Position numbers and translations under genes: made by a program. Shown here piece after piece: positions 1 through 8,881 of a stretch of DNA of 55,267 nt (the first letter of the stretch is position 1; each line of letters starts with the position of its first letter). The notes beneath the pieces were generated by a model. That model did no database searches. It was not told the origin of the DNA and worked only from the letters and a program-made list of their open reading frames with translations. This DNA is from Thermoanaerobaculia bacterium (GTDB lineage: Bacteria; Acidobacteriota; Thermoanaerobaculia; Multivoradales; JAHEKO01), in contig JBOGJI010000235.1 in assembly GCA_050747865.1 (NCBI GenBank), positions 1-55,267 of the forward strand, read 5' to 3'.

Positions 1-809
1 GGCGACACCCGCTGCAGCACCCACAGGCCGGCCAGCGCCACCAGGGCCAGGGTCACCGTCTCGACACGCGCCATCGCGTCGTCGCCGTTCAGGCGCGAGA
101 AGACGATCTGCGTGGTCATCACCCGGAAGCCGCCGCCGAAGATGTACGGCGCCGAGAACGACGCCAGCGCGGTCATGAAGGTCAGCAGCGCCGCCCCGGC
201 CAGCGCCGGGCGCAACAGGGGCAGCGTGACCCGCGTCAGGGTGCGCCGGCGGCCGGCGCCGAGCGAGGCCGCGGCCTCGAGCAGGGCGGCGTCGAGGCGG
301 GCGAGGCCGGCGCGGGTGAAGAGGTAGAAATACACGTACATGGAATACGCATGGACGAGCAGGATGGCCCCGGCGCCGCCCAGGCGCCAGGGCGGCTCCT
401 CGAGCCGCAGCATTGCCTGCGCCGCGCGGGAGACGAAGCCGCTCTCCCCGTACAGGAACAGGAAGGCGATGACGCCGACCAGCGGCGGCAGCGCCACCGG
501 CAGCGCCACCAGGGCGCCGAGCAGCCGCCGGCCGGGGAAGTCGGTGCGCTCGAAGACGAAGCCCAGCGGCACCCCCACCGCCGCTGCCAGCGCCACCGAG
601 GCGAGGGAGATCCAGAGGCTGCGCCACAGCGCCAGCCACTCGTCGCCGCGGCGGGCGAAGTCGGCGAAGTGGTCGAGGGTGAAGCCGCCGGCGCCGGCCA
701 GGCCGAAGGCCTGGGCGACGGTCATGGCCAGCGGGTAGCCGACCACCCAGGCGAGCAACGCCGCCAGCGCCGCGGCCCGCCAGGTCGGGACCCGCCTCAG
801 CGCGCTCAC
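1..809 (-). CDS. ABC importer permease (FbpB/ThiP-like), distal part cut by window edge
   Basis: Not in the ORF track because it runs off the edge. Minus-strand GTG at 807-809 overlaps the ATPase stop (GTGA). My translation VSALRRVPTWRAAALAALLAWVVGYPLAMT... is hydrophobic and TM-like. It is the third gene after the SBP and ATPase. Confidence 0.7.
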   Translation of the reverse strand, partial: MSALRRVPTWRAAALAALLAWVVGYPLAMTVAQAFGLAGAGGFTLDHFADFARRGDEWLALWRSLWISLASVALAAAVGVPLGFVFERTDFPGRRLLGALVALPVALPPLVGVIAFLFLYGESGFVSRAAQAMLRLEEPPWRLGGAGAILLVHAYSMYVYFYLFTRAGLARLDAALLEAAASLGAGRRRTLTRVTLPLLRPALAGAALLTFMTALASFSAPYIFGGGFRVMTTQIVFSRLNGDDAMARVETVTLALVALAGLWVLQRVS

Positions 810-1921
810 GAGGAGGCCGTCCCGCCGAAGACTCTCGGCGCAGCGCCGTCCCTGGGTGCCACCGCCACGGCATCTCCCTCCCTCGCCGGAGCCGCGGGCT
901 CCAGCAGCACCTCGACCTCGGGGTCACCCGGCAGAGCGAGGCGCACGGTGACGTAGGTCAGGACGCCGGTGAAGCGGCGGTTGAGGACGTGTCCGGGGAC
1001 CGCGCGCGGCGCTCCGGGCTCGACCAGGCGGAGATGTTCGGGGCGCGTCACCAGATCGACGGGGCCGCCGGGCTCGAGCGGGTGCCCGCCGGGGCCGGCC
1101 ACCACCTCACCCGGCCAGACCGGGCCCTCGGGGCCGGCGAGCCGCGCGCCGCGGCCGCCGTCGTCGGTCTCGGCGAGCGTGCCCGGGACCCCGCTCGCCC
1201 GGCCCACGAACTCCGCCACGAATCGTGTCTGCGGCGAGGCGTACAGATCTTCGGGCGTGCCGATCTGCTCGACGGCGCCGTCGTGCAGCACGGCCACCCG
1301 CTCCGCGAGGTCGAAGGCCTCCTCCTGCTCGTGGGTGACCAGCACGGTGGTGATCCCGACCTCGCCCACGGTGCGCTTCAGCGCCCGCCGCGTGCGCTCG
1401 CGCAGGCCGGGGTCGAGGTTCGACAGCGGCTCGTCGAGAAGCAGCAGGCGAGGCCGCGGCGCCAGAGCGCGGGCGAGGGCCACCCGTTGCTGCTGGCCGC
1501 CGGAGATCTCCCCCACCTTGCGTCCTTCGAAGCCCTCGAGGTGGACCAGGCGCAGCATCTCGGCGACGCGTTCCGCGACCGCGGCGCGCTCTCGTCCCCG
1601 ACCGACGTCCGCGAGCCCGAAGGCCACGTTTTCGCCCACCTTCAGGTGAGGGAAGAGGGCGTAGTGCTGGAACACCATGCCGAAACGGCGGCGTGCCGGC
1701 GGCAGGTGGGCGACGTCCGATCCCGCCACCCGGATCGAGCCCGCGTCCGGCGTCTCGAAGCCGGCGAGCAGGCGCAGCAGCGTCGTCTTGCCGCTGCCGC
1801 TGGGGCCGAGCAGGGCGAGGACCTCACCTTCGGCGACGGTCAGCGAGACCTCGCGGATCACGGCGACGTCGCCGAAGCGCTTCCGCAGGCGCTCGAGAAC
1901 GAGAAACGGCTCGGGGGGCAT
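806..1921 (-). CDS. ABC transporter ATP-binding protein (Fe3+/spermidine-type, FbpC/PotA-like)
   Basis: ORF 806..2083; internal start MPPEPFLVLERL at 1921. Walker A GPSGSGKTT, signature SGGQQQR, Walker B LLLLDEP. The ATG shares 1 nt with the upstream stop (TAATG). Confidence 0.9.
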   Translation of the reverse strand: MPPEPFLVLERLRKRFGDVAVIREVSLTVAEGEVLALLGPSGSGKTTLLRLLAGFETPDAGSIRVAGSDVAHLPPARRRFGMVFQHYALFPHLKVGENVAFGLADVGRGRERAAVAERVAEMLRLVHLEGFEGRKVGEISGGQQQRVALARALAPRPRLLLLDEPLSNLDPGLRERTRRALKRTVGEVGITTVLVTHEQEEAFDLAERVAVLHDGAVEQIGTPEDLYASPQTRFVAEFVGRASGVPGTLAETDDGGRGARLAGPEGPVWPGEVVAGPGGHPLEPGGPVDLVTRPEHLRLVEPGAPRAVPGHVLNRRFTGVLTYVTVRLALPGDPEVEVLLEPAAPAREGDAVAVAPRDGAAPRVFGGTASS

Positions 1922-2997
1922 TATTTCGGTAGCGTCGGGCGTCCCTGCCCGACGCCTCGGGCCCGCTCGCCGCGGCCGCGCACCGTGCGATCCCAGGTCG
2001 CCATCCACTCCTGGCCATGACGCTCGAGGCGGCCGCGGTCGATCTCCGCGACGGCGAGCTGGCCGAGCACCGTCCGCGCCCACTCGGGCAGCTCGGATAC
2101 ATCCAGGTCGCCGCCTGCCGGCAGCCTGAAGGCCTGTTCGGCGGCCAGCTCCAGGGCCTCGCGCTCACCGATCCAGTCGATGAAGGCGCGTGCCGCGTCG
2201 GCGTCGGGCGCGCCTTCGATCAGCCCCACCGAGTCGACGATGATCGGGGTCCCGGACGCCGGGAACCGGTAGTCGAGCGGACGGCCCCATTCGAGTTGCC
2301 ACAGCGCATCGGTCAGCTCCCAGACGGTCACCAGCCCCTCGCGGCGGACCAGCTTCTCGATCATCAGCGTCGGGTTGAGGACGTATTCCTTGGTCTGCGC
2401 GTCTAGCGCGAGCAGCCAGTCGAAGCCGGCCCGGGTGTCGCCGGTCGCCGCCAGCGAGCGGGTCAGCACCATGCCGAAGAAGGTGCGCATGGTGCCGCTG
2501 GCCATGGGGTCGCGGATCAGGATCTCGTGGTCCCAGCGCGGGTCGAGCAGATCGTCCCAGTCGCCCGGCGCCGCGGCGTCCGGCACCGCGTCGGAGTTGT
2601 AGAGGAGGACCGGTGCCGTGCGGTAGACGGCGTGGTAGCGATCCTCCGGGCCGCTGTAGCCCTCGGGCAGTCGATCGGCCCACGGCGGGCGGTAGGCGGA
2701 AAGCAGCCCTTCCGCGGCGCCGCGGGCGAAGATCTCCGACGGGCCGCCGAACCAGACGTCGCCTTGCGGATTGGCCGCCTCCGAGCGCACCCGGTCGTAG
2801 ACCTCCTGCGAGCCCATGTCGAGCCAGCGCACGTCGACTCCCGGGTGCTCAGCCTCGTAAGCCTTCTCGACCAGCGACAGCAGATCGCGCCCGTGCGGCG
2901 AGTAGAGGAGCAGCTCCTCGCGCCCGTCGCCGCAGCCCGCGACCAGCGTCGCCAGCACCGCGCTCAGCGCGGGCGAACGAAGCGATCGAATCCTCAT
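1921..2997 (-). CDS. ABC transporter periplasmic substrate-binding lipoprotein (Fe3+/FbpA-like family)
   Basis: Real start MRIRSLRSPALSAVLATLVAGC (lipobox LVAGC) lies inside ORF 1921..3765. The family-1 SBP-like sequence LLLYSPHGRDLLSLVEKAYEAEHPGV...GDVWFGG follows. Confidence 0.8.
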   Translation of the reverse strand: MRIRSLRSPALSAVLATLVAGCGDGREELLLYSPHGRDLLSLVEKAYEAEHPGVDVRWLDMGSQEVYDRVRSEAANPQGDVWFGGPSEIFARGAAEGLLSAYRPPWADRLPEGYSGPEDRYHAVYRTAPVLLYNSDAVPDAAAPGDWDDLLDPRWDHEILIRDPMASGTMRTFFGMVLTRSLAATGDTRAGFDWLLALDAQTKEYVLNPTLMIEKLVRREGLVTVWELTDALWQLEWGRPLDYRFPASGTPIIVDSVGLIEGAPDADAARAFIDWIGEREALELAAEQAFRLPAGGDLDVSELPEWARTVLGQLAVAEIDRGRLERHGQEWMATWDRTVRGRGERARGVGQGRPTLPK

Positions 2998-5759
2998 GGG
3001 GCGGCGTCCTCGTCCTGTGTGCGCGCCAAGGCCAGCAGGTTGGCGAACAGGCGGTACGCCCCGGGCACGCCGGCGGGGAGCTGGCGGAAGAAGGCGAGGC
3101 CGGTGTAGACGTAGGTGCCCTCTCCCACCGGCGCCACCAGCAGCGCTCCCCGTTGCGGCTCCTCCCTCGGATCGGCCATCGCGAGCAGCGGGCGGAACGG
3201 CTCGCCCCACGACGACGGCATGTAGAGCCCTCGCTCCTGCACCCAGCCGTCCCAGTCGCCGGGTCCGATCACGTTGGGTGTGGTCAGCACCGGGCTGTCC
3301 GGCTCGAGCACGGTCACGGCCGCCGCCTGGTCGGTGACCCGGCCGTGCGGGCGCGCGATCTCCAGGGGATAGGGCGCGTAGCCGCCCGTGCTGTAGTCGT
3401 ACTGCTGGTACTGGACGATCACCAGGCCGCCGCCGCGGGCGTAGTCGAGCAGCAGCGGATTGGCGCTGCCCAGAGCCGGGCTGACCTCGAAGGCGCGGGC
3501 GCCGATGACGAGGGCGTCGAAGGGCGACAGGTCGCGCGTCGCTAGCTCCGTTGGCGCGAGCAGCTCCACGGGCAGGCCGAGGTCGATGAGCGCCTCCGGC
3601 ACCCGGTCGGCCGCGCCGCGCACGTAGCCGATGCGGTCGACGGGCGGCAGGGCGAGATCCAGGGCGACGACGCGCACCGCCGCCGGCCGCGGGTAGGGCG
3701 TGGCGCGCACGTGGGAATAGTCGACCAGCGGCACCGCCGCATCGTAGCGTCCCTCCGCCGCGCAATCAGACCCGTCGGCCGCGCAATCCACCACCGCGGT
3801 CACGGTGATCAGGTGCTCGCCCGGCGCCACCGCCCCGGACGGCTGCAGAGTCAGGCGCACGGTGGACCGCGCGTTCTCGGCCGGCAGGTGGAACGGCTGC
3901 GTCGACGAGCGCCACCCGTCCGGCGCGCTGGCCTCGAGCCGGCCGGCGAGCGGGAAGGCGGCGTGCGAGGTGAGGGTCACCTCCGGGGTATGCGGCTCAC
4001 TGCGGTCGGTCGGCCACACCAGCAGGTCCTGCGCCACGGTCACTTCGAGCGGTGGGACCACCCGAAGGGCTCGCCGCACCTCGCCGAGGGCCTGGTCCTG
4101 GCGGCGATGGACCACCTCGCGCACGAGGTCGATCTCCTCGCCGGCCAGACGCAGCCGGAACGACGCCGAAAGCGGCGGCGGCGCGAACGGCTCGCCGCGC
4201 AGCGGAGGCGAGGCGGTGGTCCAGTCGTAGAGGTCGCCATCCGGCGGCGCCGCGAGGAAGTAGGGCACCGTGGCCGGGGTGTCGGGCGGCACGTGCACGC
4301 GAAAGGCGCGCCGGAAGTAGCCGGGCTCCGCGGTGTCGCGGAACCGTGACTCGAAGCTGTCTTCATCCTCGATCTCCGCCGGCTCCACGGGGAACCCGGA
4401 GACGGACGTCAGCCGGACGTCGAGCAGCACCGCACCCGAGCCGCCGGCGTCCCAGACGGCGGTCTCGACGGTGAGTTCGGAGCCCGCGACCAGCAGGTCG
4501 CGATCGGCGAAGGCGTCGAGGCCGAGGCCGGCGACGGCCGCCAGCAGCTCGGCGGCGACGGCACGTTTCTCCTCGATCAGGTCCGCCACTCCCGCGTAGC
4601 GGCCGAGCTCCGTGCCGGCCGAACCCCGGCCGGCAGGGACGCCGGCCGCTTCAGCCCGAGATTCCACGGCCGCGAGTGCCTCCGTGAGCTGCAGATGGAT
4701 CTCCGCGGCCAATGGAAGGACGGCGCCGGGCTCGGCCGCGGTCAGCTCGGAGCGCGCCTGCCGCGCCAGCTCCTCGACCCGCGCCAGTCGCTCGCCGACC
4801 GCCGCCCGCAAAGGCTCGGGCAAAGGTTCCGCGACGGCCGCCAATCGCGTGTCGATACCGGCGAAGAGGTCGCCCGCAGCGGCATCCTCGCGCCGCCCCG
4901 CGCCACGCTCCCACGCCAGGCGGCCGGTGAACGGCCCCAGCGGCTGCAGCCTCCCCATGTCCTGGCAGCGGTGCTGGCTGCGGCTGGCCATGGCGATCTG
5001 GTAGATCGAGCGCCCGCTGACCCCTTCGAGTACGCCGAGCGGAATCTCCAGAGTCGCCTCCTCCGGCCGCCACCTGGCGCCGCGGTAGAGCGCCTGCGGC
5101 CGCCAGGGGGAAAGCCCTTCGGCGGCCAGCTCGGGGACCGCGTCCGGATCCCCGGCCATCTCATAGGCCTCGTCGGCGACGACGCCCGCCGCCTGGTGCT
5201 GCCCGTGCCCGGCGCGCTCGTCCGGCGGGAAGACCGAGACCACCACCTGCGGCCGGAAGCGGCGGATCACCCGCACCGTGTCCTCGAGCAGGACCTCGCG
5301 CGGCCAGCGCTCGAAGGTCTCCGCGAGCGAGCGGGTGTAGCCGAAGTCGAAGGCACGGGTGAAGAACTGCCGCCCGCCGTCGATGCCGCGGGCGGCGAGC
5401 AGCTCGCGGCTGCGCAGCAGGCCCAGCTCCATGCCGAGCTCCGGGCCGATCAGGTTCTGCCCGCCTTCGCCGCGGGAGAGCGACAGGTAGGCGGCCTCGC
5501 CGCCGAGGGCTCGTGCGACGTAGGCGATGAGCGTCGTGTCCTCGTCGTCCGGATGGGCGCCGATCACCAGCAGCCGCCGGTGCCCGGTGAGCTTGGCCAG
5601 CAGCCGATCGGCGCGCGCCACGCCGCCGGCGGCGGGTGGCACGAGAGGGTCGTTCAGCGGATCGAGCGCTCCGGTGGCGCCGGCGGGCGAGGTCGGGTGG
5701 AGGAGGACGAGGACGGGGAGGGCGGCGAGCAGGAGGACGACGGGAAGGATTCTGCGCAT
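2994..5759 (-). CDS. large secreted PIG-L/LmbE-family deacetylase (about 921 aa)
   Basis: Start MRRILPVVLLLAALPVLV (signal-like) at 5759 inside ORF 2994..5915. Contains the PIG-L motif VIGAHPDDED. The stop overlaps the SBP start (ATGA at 2994-2997). Confidence 0.8.
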   Translation of the reverse strand: MRRILPVVLLLAALPVLVLLHPTSPAGATGALDPLNDPLVPPAAGGVARADRLLAKLTGHRRLLVIGAHPDDEDTTLIAYVARALGGEAAYLSLSRGEGGQNLIGPELGMELGLLRSRELLAARGIDGGRQFFTRAFDFGYTRSLAETFERWPREVLLEDTVRVIRRFRPQVVVSVFPPDERAGHGQHQAAGVVADEAYEMAGDPDAVPELAAEGLSPWRPQALYRGARWRPEEATLEIPLGVLEGVSGRSIYQIAMASRSQHRCQDMGRLQPLGPFTGRLAWERGAGRREDAAAGDLFAGIDTRLAAVAEPLPEPLRAAVGERLARVEELARQARSELTAAEPGAVLPLAAEIHLQLTEALAAVESRAEAAGVPAGRGSAGTELGRYAGVADLIEEKRAVAAELLAAVAGLGLDAFADRDLLVAGSELTVETAVWDAGGSGAVLLDVRLTSVSGFPVEPAEIEDEDSFESRFRDTAEPGYFRRAFRVHVPPDTPATVPYFLAAPPDGDLYDWTTASPPLRGEPFAPPPLSASFRLRLAGEEIDLVREVVHRRQDQALGEVRRALRVVPPLEVTVAQDLLVWPTDRSEPHTPEVTLTSHAAFPLAGRLEASAPDGWRSSTQPFHLPAENARSTVRLTLQPSGAVAPGEHLITVTAVVDCAADGSDCAAEGRYDAAVPLVDYSHVRATPYPRPAAVRVVALDLALPPVDRIGYVRGAADRVPEALIDLGLPVELLAPTELATRDLSPFDALVIGARAFEVSPALGSANPLLLDYARGGGLVIVQYQQYDYSTGGYAPYPLEIARPHGRVTDQAAAVTVLEPDSPVLTTPNVIGPGDWDGWVQERGLYMPSSWGEPFRPLLAMADPREEPQRGALLVAPVGEGTYVYTGLAFFRQLPAGVPGAYRLFANLLALARTQDEDAAP

Positions 5760-5904
5760 CGGTTGTCGCCTGGATCGCCCGAGACCCGCGCGCCCGGAGG
5801 TACGATCGTCACGCGGTCTGCGCAGTATAGCCACTGCCTGCCGCCGGCCGAGCCGGTTCTCCCACCCGAGCCTCGACGCGAGCCCGGCGAGGCCGAGCAG
5901 TTCC

Positions 5905-5934
5905 TTGACATGCAACTAAAAAGTTGCATAATAT
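5905..5934 (+). promoter_or_regulatory. sigma70-like promoter with embedded palindromic operator upstream of the ArsR-family gene
   Basis: TTGACA (5905-5910), about 17 nt, then ATAATA/TAATAT (5928-5934). A perfect 8-4-8 inverted repeat ATGCAACT-aaaa-AGTTGCAT (5910-5929) fills the spacer. It is an AT-rich patch in a GC-rich context. Confidence 0.6.
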
Positions 5935-5940
5935 GTTGTC

Positions 5941-6270
5941 GTGCAGGCGGATGCCGACAAGGTGTTCAAGGCACTGGCCGACGCCACCCGTCGGCGGCTG
6001 CTCGATCGGCTGCGCGCGGACAACGGCCAGACGCTCGGCGAGCTCTGTGCGCGCCTGGACATGACCCGGCAGGCGGTGACCAAGCACCTGAAGCTGCTCG
6101 AGGAGGCGCAGCTCGTGGTCCCGATCTGGCGCGGCCGCGAGAAGCTGCACTACCTCAACCCGGTGCCGATCCACGACATCGCCGAGCGCTGGATCGGCAG
6201 GTTCGAGCGGGGCCGCCTGCACGCCCTCGTCGAGCTCAAGGAACAACTGGAAGGAGAGACCGATGGCTGA
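5941..6270 (+). CDS. ArsR/SmtB-family transcriptional regulator
   Basis: 109 aa with a winged-HTH pattern: FKALADATRRRLLDRL...LGELCARLDMTRQAVTKHLKLLEEAQLV. GTG start. Confidence 0.85.
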   Translation: MQADADKVFKALADATRRRLLDRLRADNGQTLGELCARLDMTRQAVTKHLKLLEEAQLVVPIWRGREKLHYLNPVPIHDIAERWIGRFERGRLHALVELKEQLEGETDG

Positions 6271-6724
6271 TTCGAGGTTCGTCTACGTGACCTACATCCG
6301 CACCACGCCGGAGAAGTTGTGGCAGGCGCTGATCGACCCCGAGTTCACCCGCCGCTACTGGGTGGAGACGTGGCAGGAGTCCGACTGGGAACCCGGTGCA
6401 TCGTGGCGGCTGATGATCCCCGACGGGCGTATCGGCGACAGCGGCGAGGTTCTCGAGATCGACCCTCATCGGCGGCTCGTGCTGTCGTGGCGGGTCGAGT
6501 TCATGCCCGAGCTGCGTGCCGAAGGCCATTCCCGTGTGACCTTCGAGCTCGAGCCGGTGGGCGAGTCGGTCAAACTCACCCTGATCCAGGAGATCGAGCG
6601 CCCCGATTCCAAGCAGGTCGAGGAGATGTCCCGAGGTTGGCCGCACCTCTTCGCCAGCCTCAAGAGTCTCCTCGAGACCGGCGAGCCTCTCGGGGAGACC
6701 CGTCGCTGGCCGGAGGGGATCTGA
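6263..6724 (+). CDS. SRPBCC/Aha1-like domain protein
   Basis: 153 aa; TPEKLWQALIDPEFTRRYW is a typical START/Aha1-like N-terminus. Overlaps the ArsR gene by 8 nt, which is the usual ArsR-SRPBCC pairing. Confidence 0.75.
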   Translation: MADSRFVYVTYIRTTPEKLWQALIDPEFTRRYWVETWQESDWEPGASWRLMIPDGRIGDSGEVLEIDPHRRLVLSWRVEFMPELRAEGHSRVTFELEPVGESVKLTLIQEIERPDSKQVEEMSRGWPHLFASLKSLLETGEPLGETRRWPEGI

Positions 6725-6741
6725 CCGAGCAGCAGGTAGAC

Positions 6742-7890
6742 CTATTCCGCCATCAGACGCGCCCAGAAGGCGATCATGTTCCAGACGTCGGCGGCGCCGG
6801 CGTTGCGGTCGACCTCGGCGTGGGTGAGGAGGGGGCTGGTCAGGTGGAACACTCGCGTCTCCCGCTCGAGGTGGCGCGCCAGCAGAACGGACTCGGCGGC
6901 CGGGATCACGCGGTCTTCGGCACCGTGCAGCAAGTAGACGGGCGCCGACGGGCTCGGCGCGCGCTCGGGTGAGAGGGCGGGGTCGTCGCCCCATGCCTCG
7001 GCATGCGGCAGCAGCAGAGGCCCCAACGCCCCTACGTCACGAGCGTTGACGGCCGCGAGCAGCCGCCCGGCCGGATCGGCGAGAGTCGCCGCGTATTCGC
7101 GCGCACGCGCGAACGCCCCGGCCGCCTCGGCCCGGTCGGCCAGAGTCCGGGAGGCGGCGTCGAGGAACATCCGGATCCCGTGACGCAGTGGCTCGACCTG
7201 CTCGACGGGCACGACGCGGTCGGCGACCGTGTGCAGGAGGATCGCCATGCCGTAGTCGTGCGGCTCTGCAGAAGCTCCGTCGGGCAGCCTGCCGGTGCAC
7301 AGGAACCGCAGGACCCGCGGCAGGTCGCCGTGGCCGCCCAGCGAGAGCACGAACCGGATCCGGTCGGCAAGCGGGGCGTGGCCCGCGGCGACGACCGTGA
7401 GCCCGCCGCCGAAGCTCACGCCGATCAATCCGACCGTGCCATCCGCGGTGAGCCCCGCTTGGGAGCTCGTCCAGCGTGCGGCGTCTTCGATCTGATCGGT
7501 CGTGCGCGCGGAGACACGGTAGGCGCGCAGGTCCGGGTAGTCGGGAGAGACGACGGCGAAGCCGTGCGCGGCGAGGCGGGAGGCGAAGCCGACCAGCCGC
7601 AGCTCGTCGAAGCCGGCGGGATGCAGGCCCGGGGTCAGGACGACGGCTCCGCGGGTGCTCTCCGCCGGCCGGTAGACCTTGGCGGGCAGCGGGCCGTGGC
7701 GCGTGGGGATCGCCTGCTTCTCGATCGACAGGACCTGGAGCCGCCCCGCCGTCAGCCGGCGCGCCCACAGGGGAGCGTCGGCGGTATGGGCGACGAGGGA
7801 GACTCCGCCGACGTAGTCGCGCTTGCTGCCCAGCCACGCGGCAGCCAGCAGCGCGGCCACGGTGAGCGCCACGATCGCGCGGACTCGCAT
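6742..7890 (-). CDS. alpha/beta-hydrolase fold protein, secreted or membrane-anchored
   Basis: Internal start MRVRAIVALTVAALLAAAWL at 7890 in ORF 6742..8307. Nucleophile elbow GVSFGG. The ORF portion upstream of that start looks non-coding. Confidence 0.7.
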   Translation of the reverse strand: MRVRAIVALTVAALLAAAWLGSKRDYVGGVSLVAHTADAPLWARRLTAGRLQVLSIEKQAIPTRHGPLPAKVYRPAESTRGAVVLTPGLHPAGFDELRLVGFASRLAAHGFAVVSPDYPDLRAYRVSARTTDQIEDAARWTSSQAGLTADGTVGLIGVSFGGGLTVVAAGHAPLADRIRFVLSLGGHGDLPRVLRFLCTGRLPDGASAEPHDYGMAILLHTVADRVVPVEQVEPLRHGIRMFLDAASRTLADRAEAAGAFARAREYAATLADPAGRLLAAVNARDVGALGPLLLPHAEAWGDDPALSPERAPSPSAPVYLLHGAEDRVIPAAESVLLARHLERETRVFHLTSPLLTHAEVDRNAGAADVWNMIAFWARLMAE

Positions 7891-7947
7891 CCCGGGACAG
7901 TCTACGAGGGTCGCGGGCGGCCGCGGTCGGCATAGACTTCGCCCACC

Positions 7948-8694
7948 ATGGCACGTGTCCAAGCTGTTCTCGAGGCCTCCGCATGCTGCTTCGTGCTTCT
8001 CCTGTGCGCCGTCGGGGCGAGCGCGCAGGAACGGCCGGATCCCCGCACCGAGCTGCCGCGGATCGCGCGGGAGCTGCTCGCGGCGGTGGCAACCGGCGAC
8101 CGCGCGGTCTGGGATCGCCATCTCGCGGACGACGGAGTCTTCACCGACGAGCGCGGCGTGCGGAGAACCAAGGCGGAGCTGCTGGAGGTCCTGCAACCGC
8201 TCCCCGCCGGCTATGACGGCCGGCTCGAGCCGCGCGACGTCGAAGTGCGCGATTTCGGGACCACGGCGGTCCTCACCTTCCGCGCCGAGGAGAGCCTGAC
8301 CTTGCACGGCCAGACAGTGGCCGACACCTATTTCGAGACCGACACCTATCTGCTGCGTGACGGGCGCTGGCAGATGGTGGCCTCACACGTCCAGGCGGAG
8401 GTCGGCGATCCTCCGGTCGCGGAAGTGCCCCAGGCGGCGCTCGATCGCTGCGCCGGCGTCTACCAGCTCGCGCCGGACGTCCGGGCGACCCTGCGCCGCG
8501 ACGGCGACCACCTGGTGATGGAGCGCGAGGGCCGGCCGCCGCAGTCGCTCCTTCCGGAGACCGAGCGCGTCTTTTTCACTCCCGAAGGCTGGGATGCCCG
8601 CTGGATCTTCGTCTCCGACGCCGACGGCCGCGTCACCCGTTTGGTGGCCCGGCGGCGGGGAGCCGATCTGATCTGGACTCGGGTCGGCGACTGA
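7948..8694 (+). CDS. secreted SnoaL/DUF4440-like (NTF2 fold) protein with C-terminal extra domain
   Basis: 248 aa. Signal-like N-terminus ...CFVLLLCAVGASAQE. NTF2-like stretch LLAAVATGDRAVWDRHLADDGVFTDE...YLLRDGRWQMVASH. Confidence 0.6.
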   Translation: MARVQAVLEASACCFVLLLCAVGASAQERPDPRTELPRIARELLAAVATGDRAVWDRHLADDGVFTDERGVRRTKAELLEVLQPLPAGYDGRLEPRDVEVRDFGTTAVLTFRAEESLTLHGQTVADTYFETDTYLLRDGRWQMVASHVQAEVGDPPVAEVPQAALDRCAGVYQLAPDVRATLRRDGDHLVMEREGRPPQSLLPETERVFFTPEGWDARWIFVSDADGRVTRLVARRRGADLIWTRVGD

Positions 8695-8800
8695 GAGCCT
8701 GTGAAGATATCTCCCGCCTCCCGCTGCTAGCGCCCGAGCCGTCCGGCCTCGCGTGGCGATCGGCCTTGATGCCGCGATCCGCGCGATGAGTCCGCTTGCC

Positions 8801-8829
8801 TTGACATGATATTGGCATAGACGTATACT
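8801..8829 (+). promoter_or_regulatory. near-consensus sigma70 promoter for the toxin-like gene
   Basis: TTGACA (8801-8806), 17 nt, TATACT (8824-8829). SD GAGGAGAG at 8869-8876 precedes the ATG at 8882. Confidence 0.6.
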
Positions 8830-8881
8830 AGGATTCCATGGCGATGATGGAGCGGACAGACGACTGCTGAGGAGAGATCTG

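Noticed and set aside
8838-8870. 10-codon upstream ORF (MAMMERTDDC*) in the toxin leader. It starts about 9 nt after the -10 box and ends inside the SD.
   Set aside because: It is too short to evaluate, has no SD, and its conservation cannot be checked here. It could be chance. I mention it only as something to examine if the TSS is mapped.
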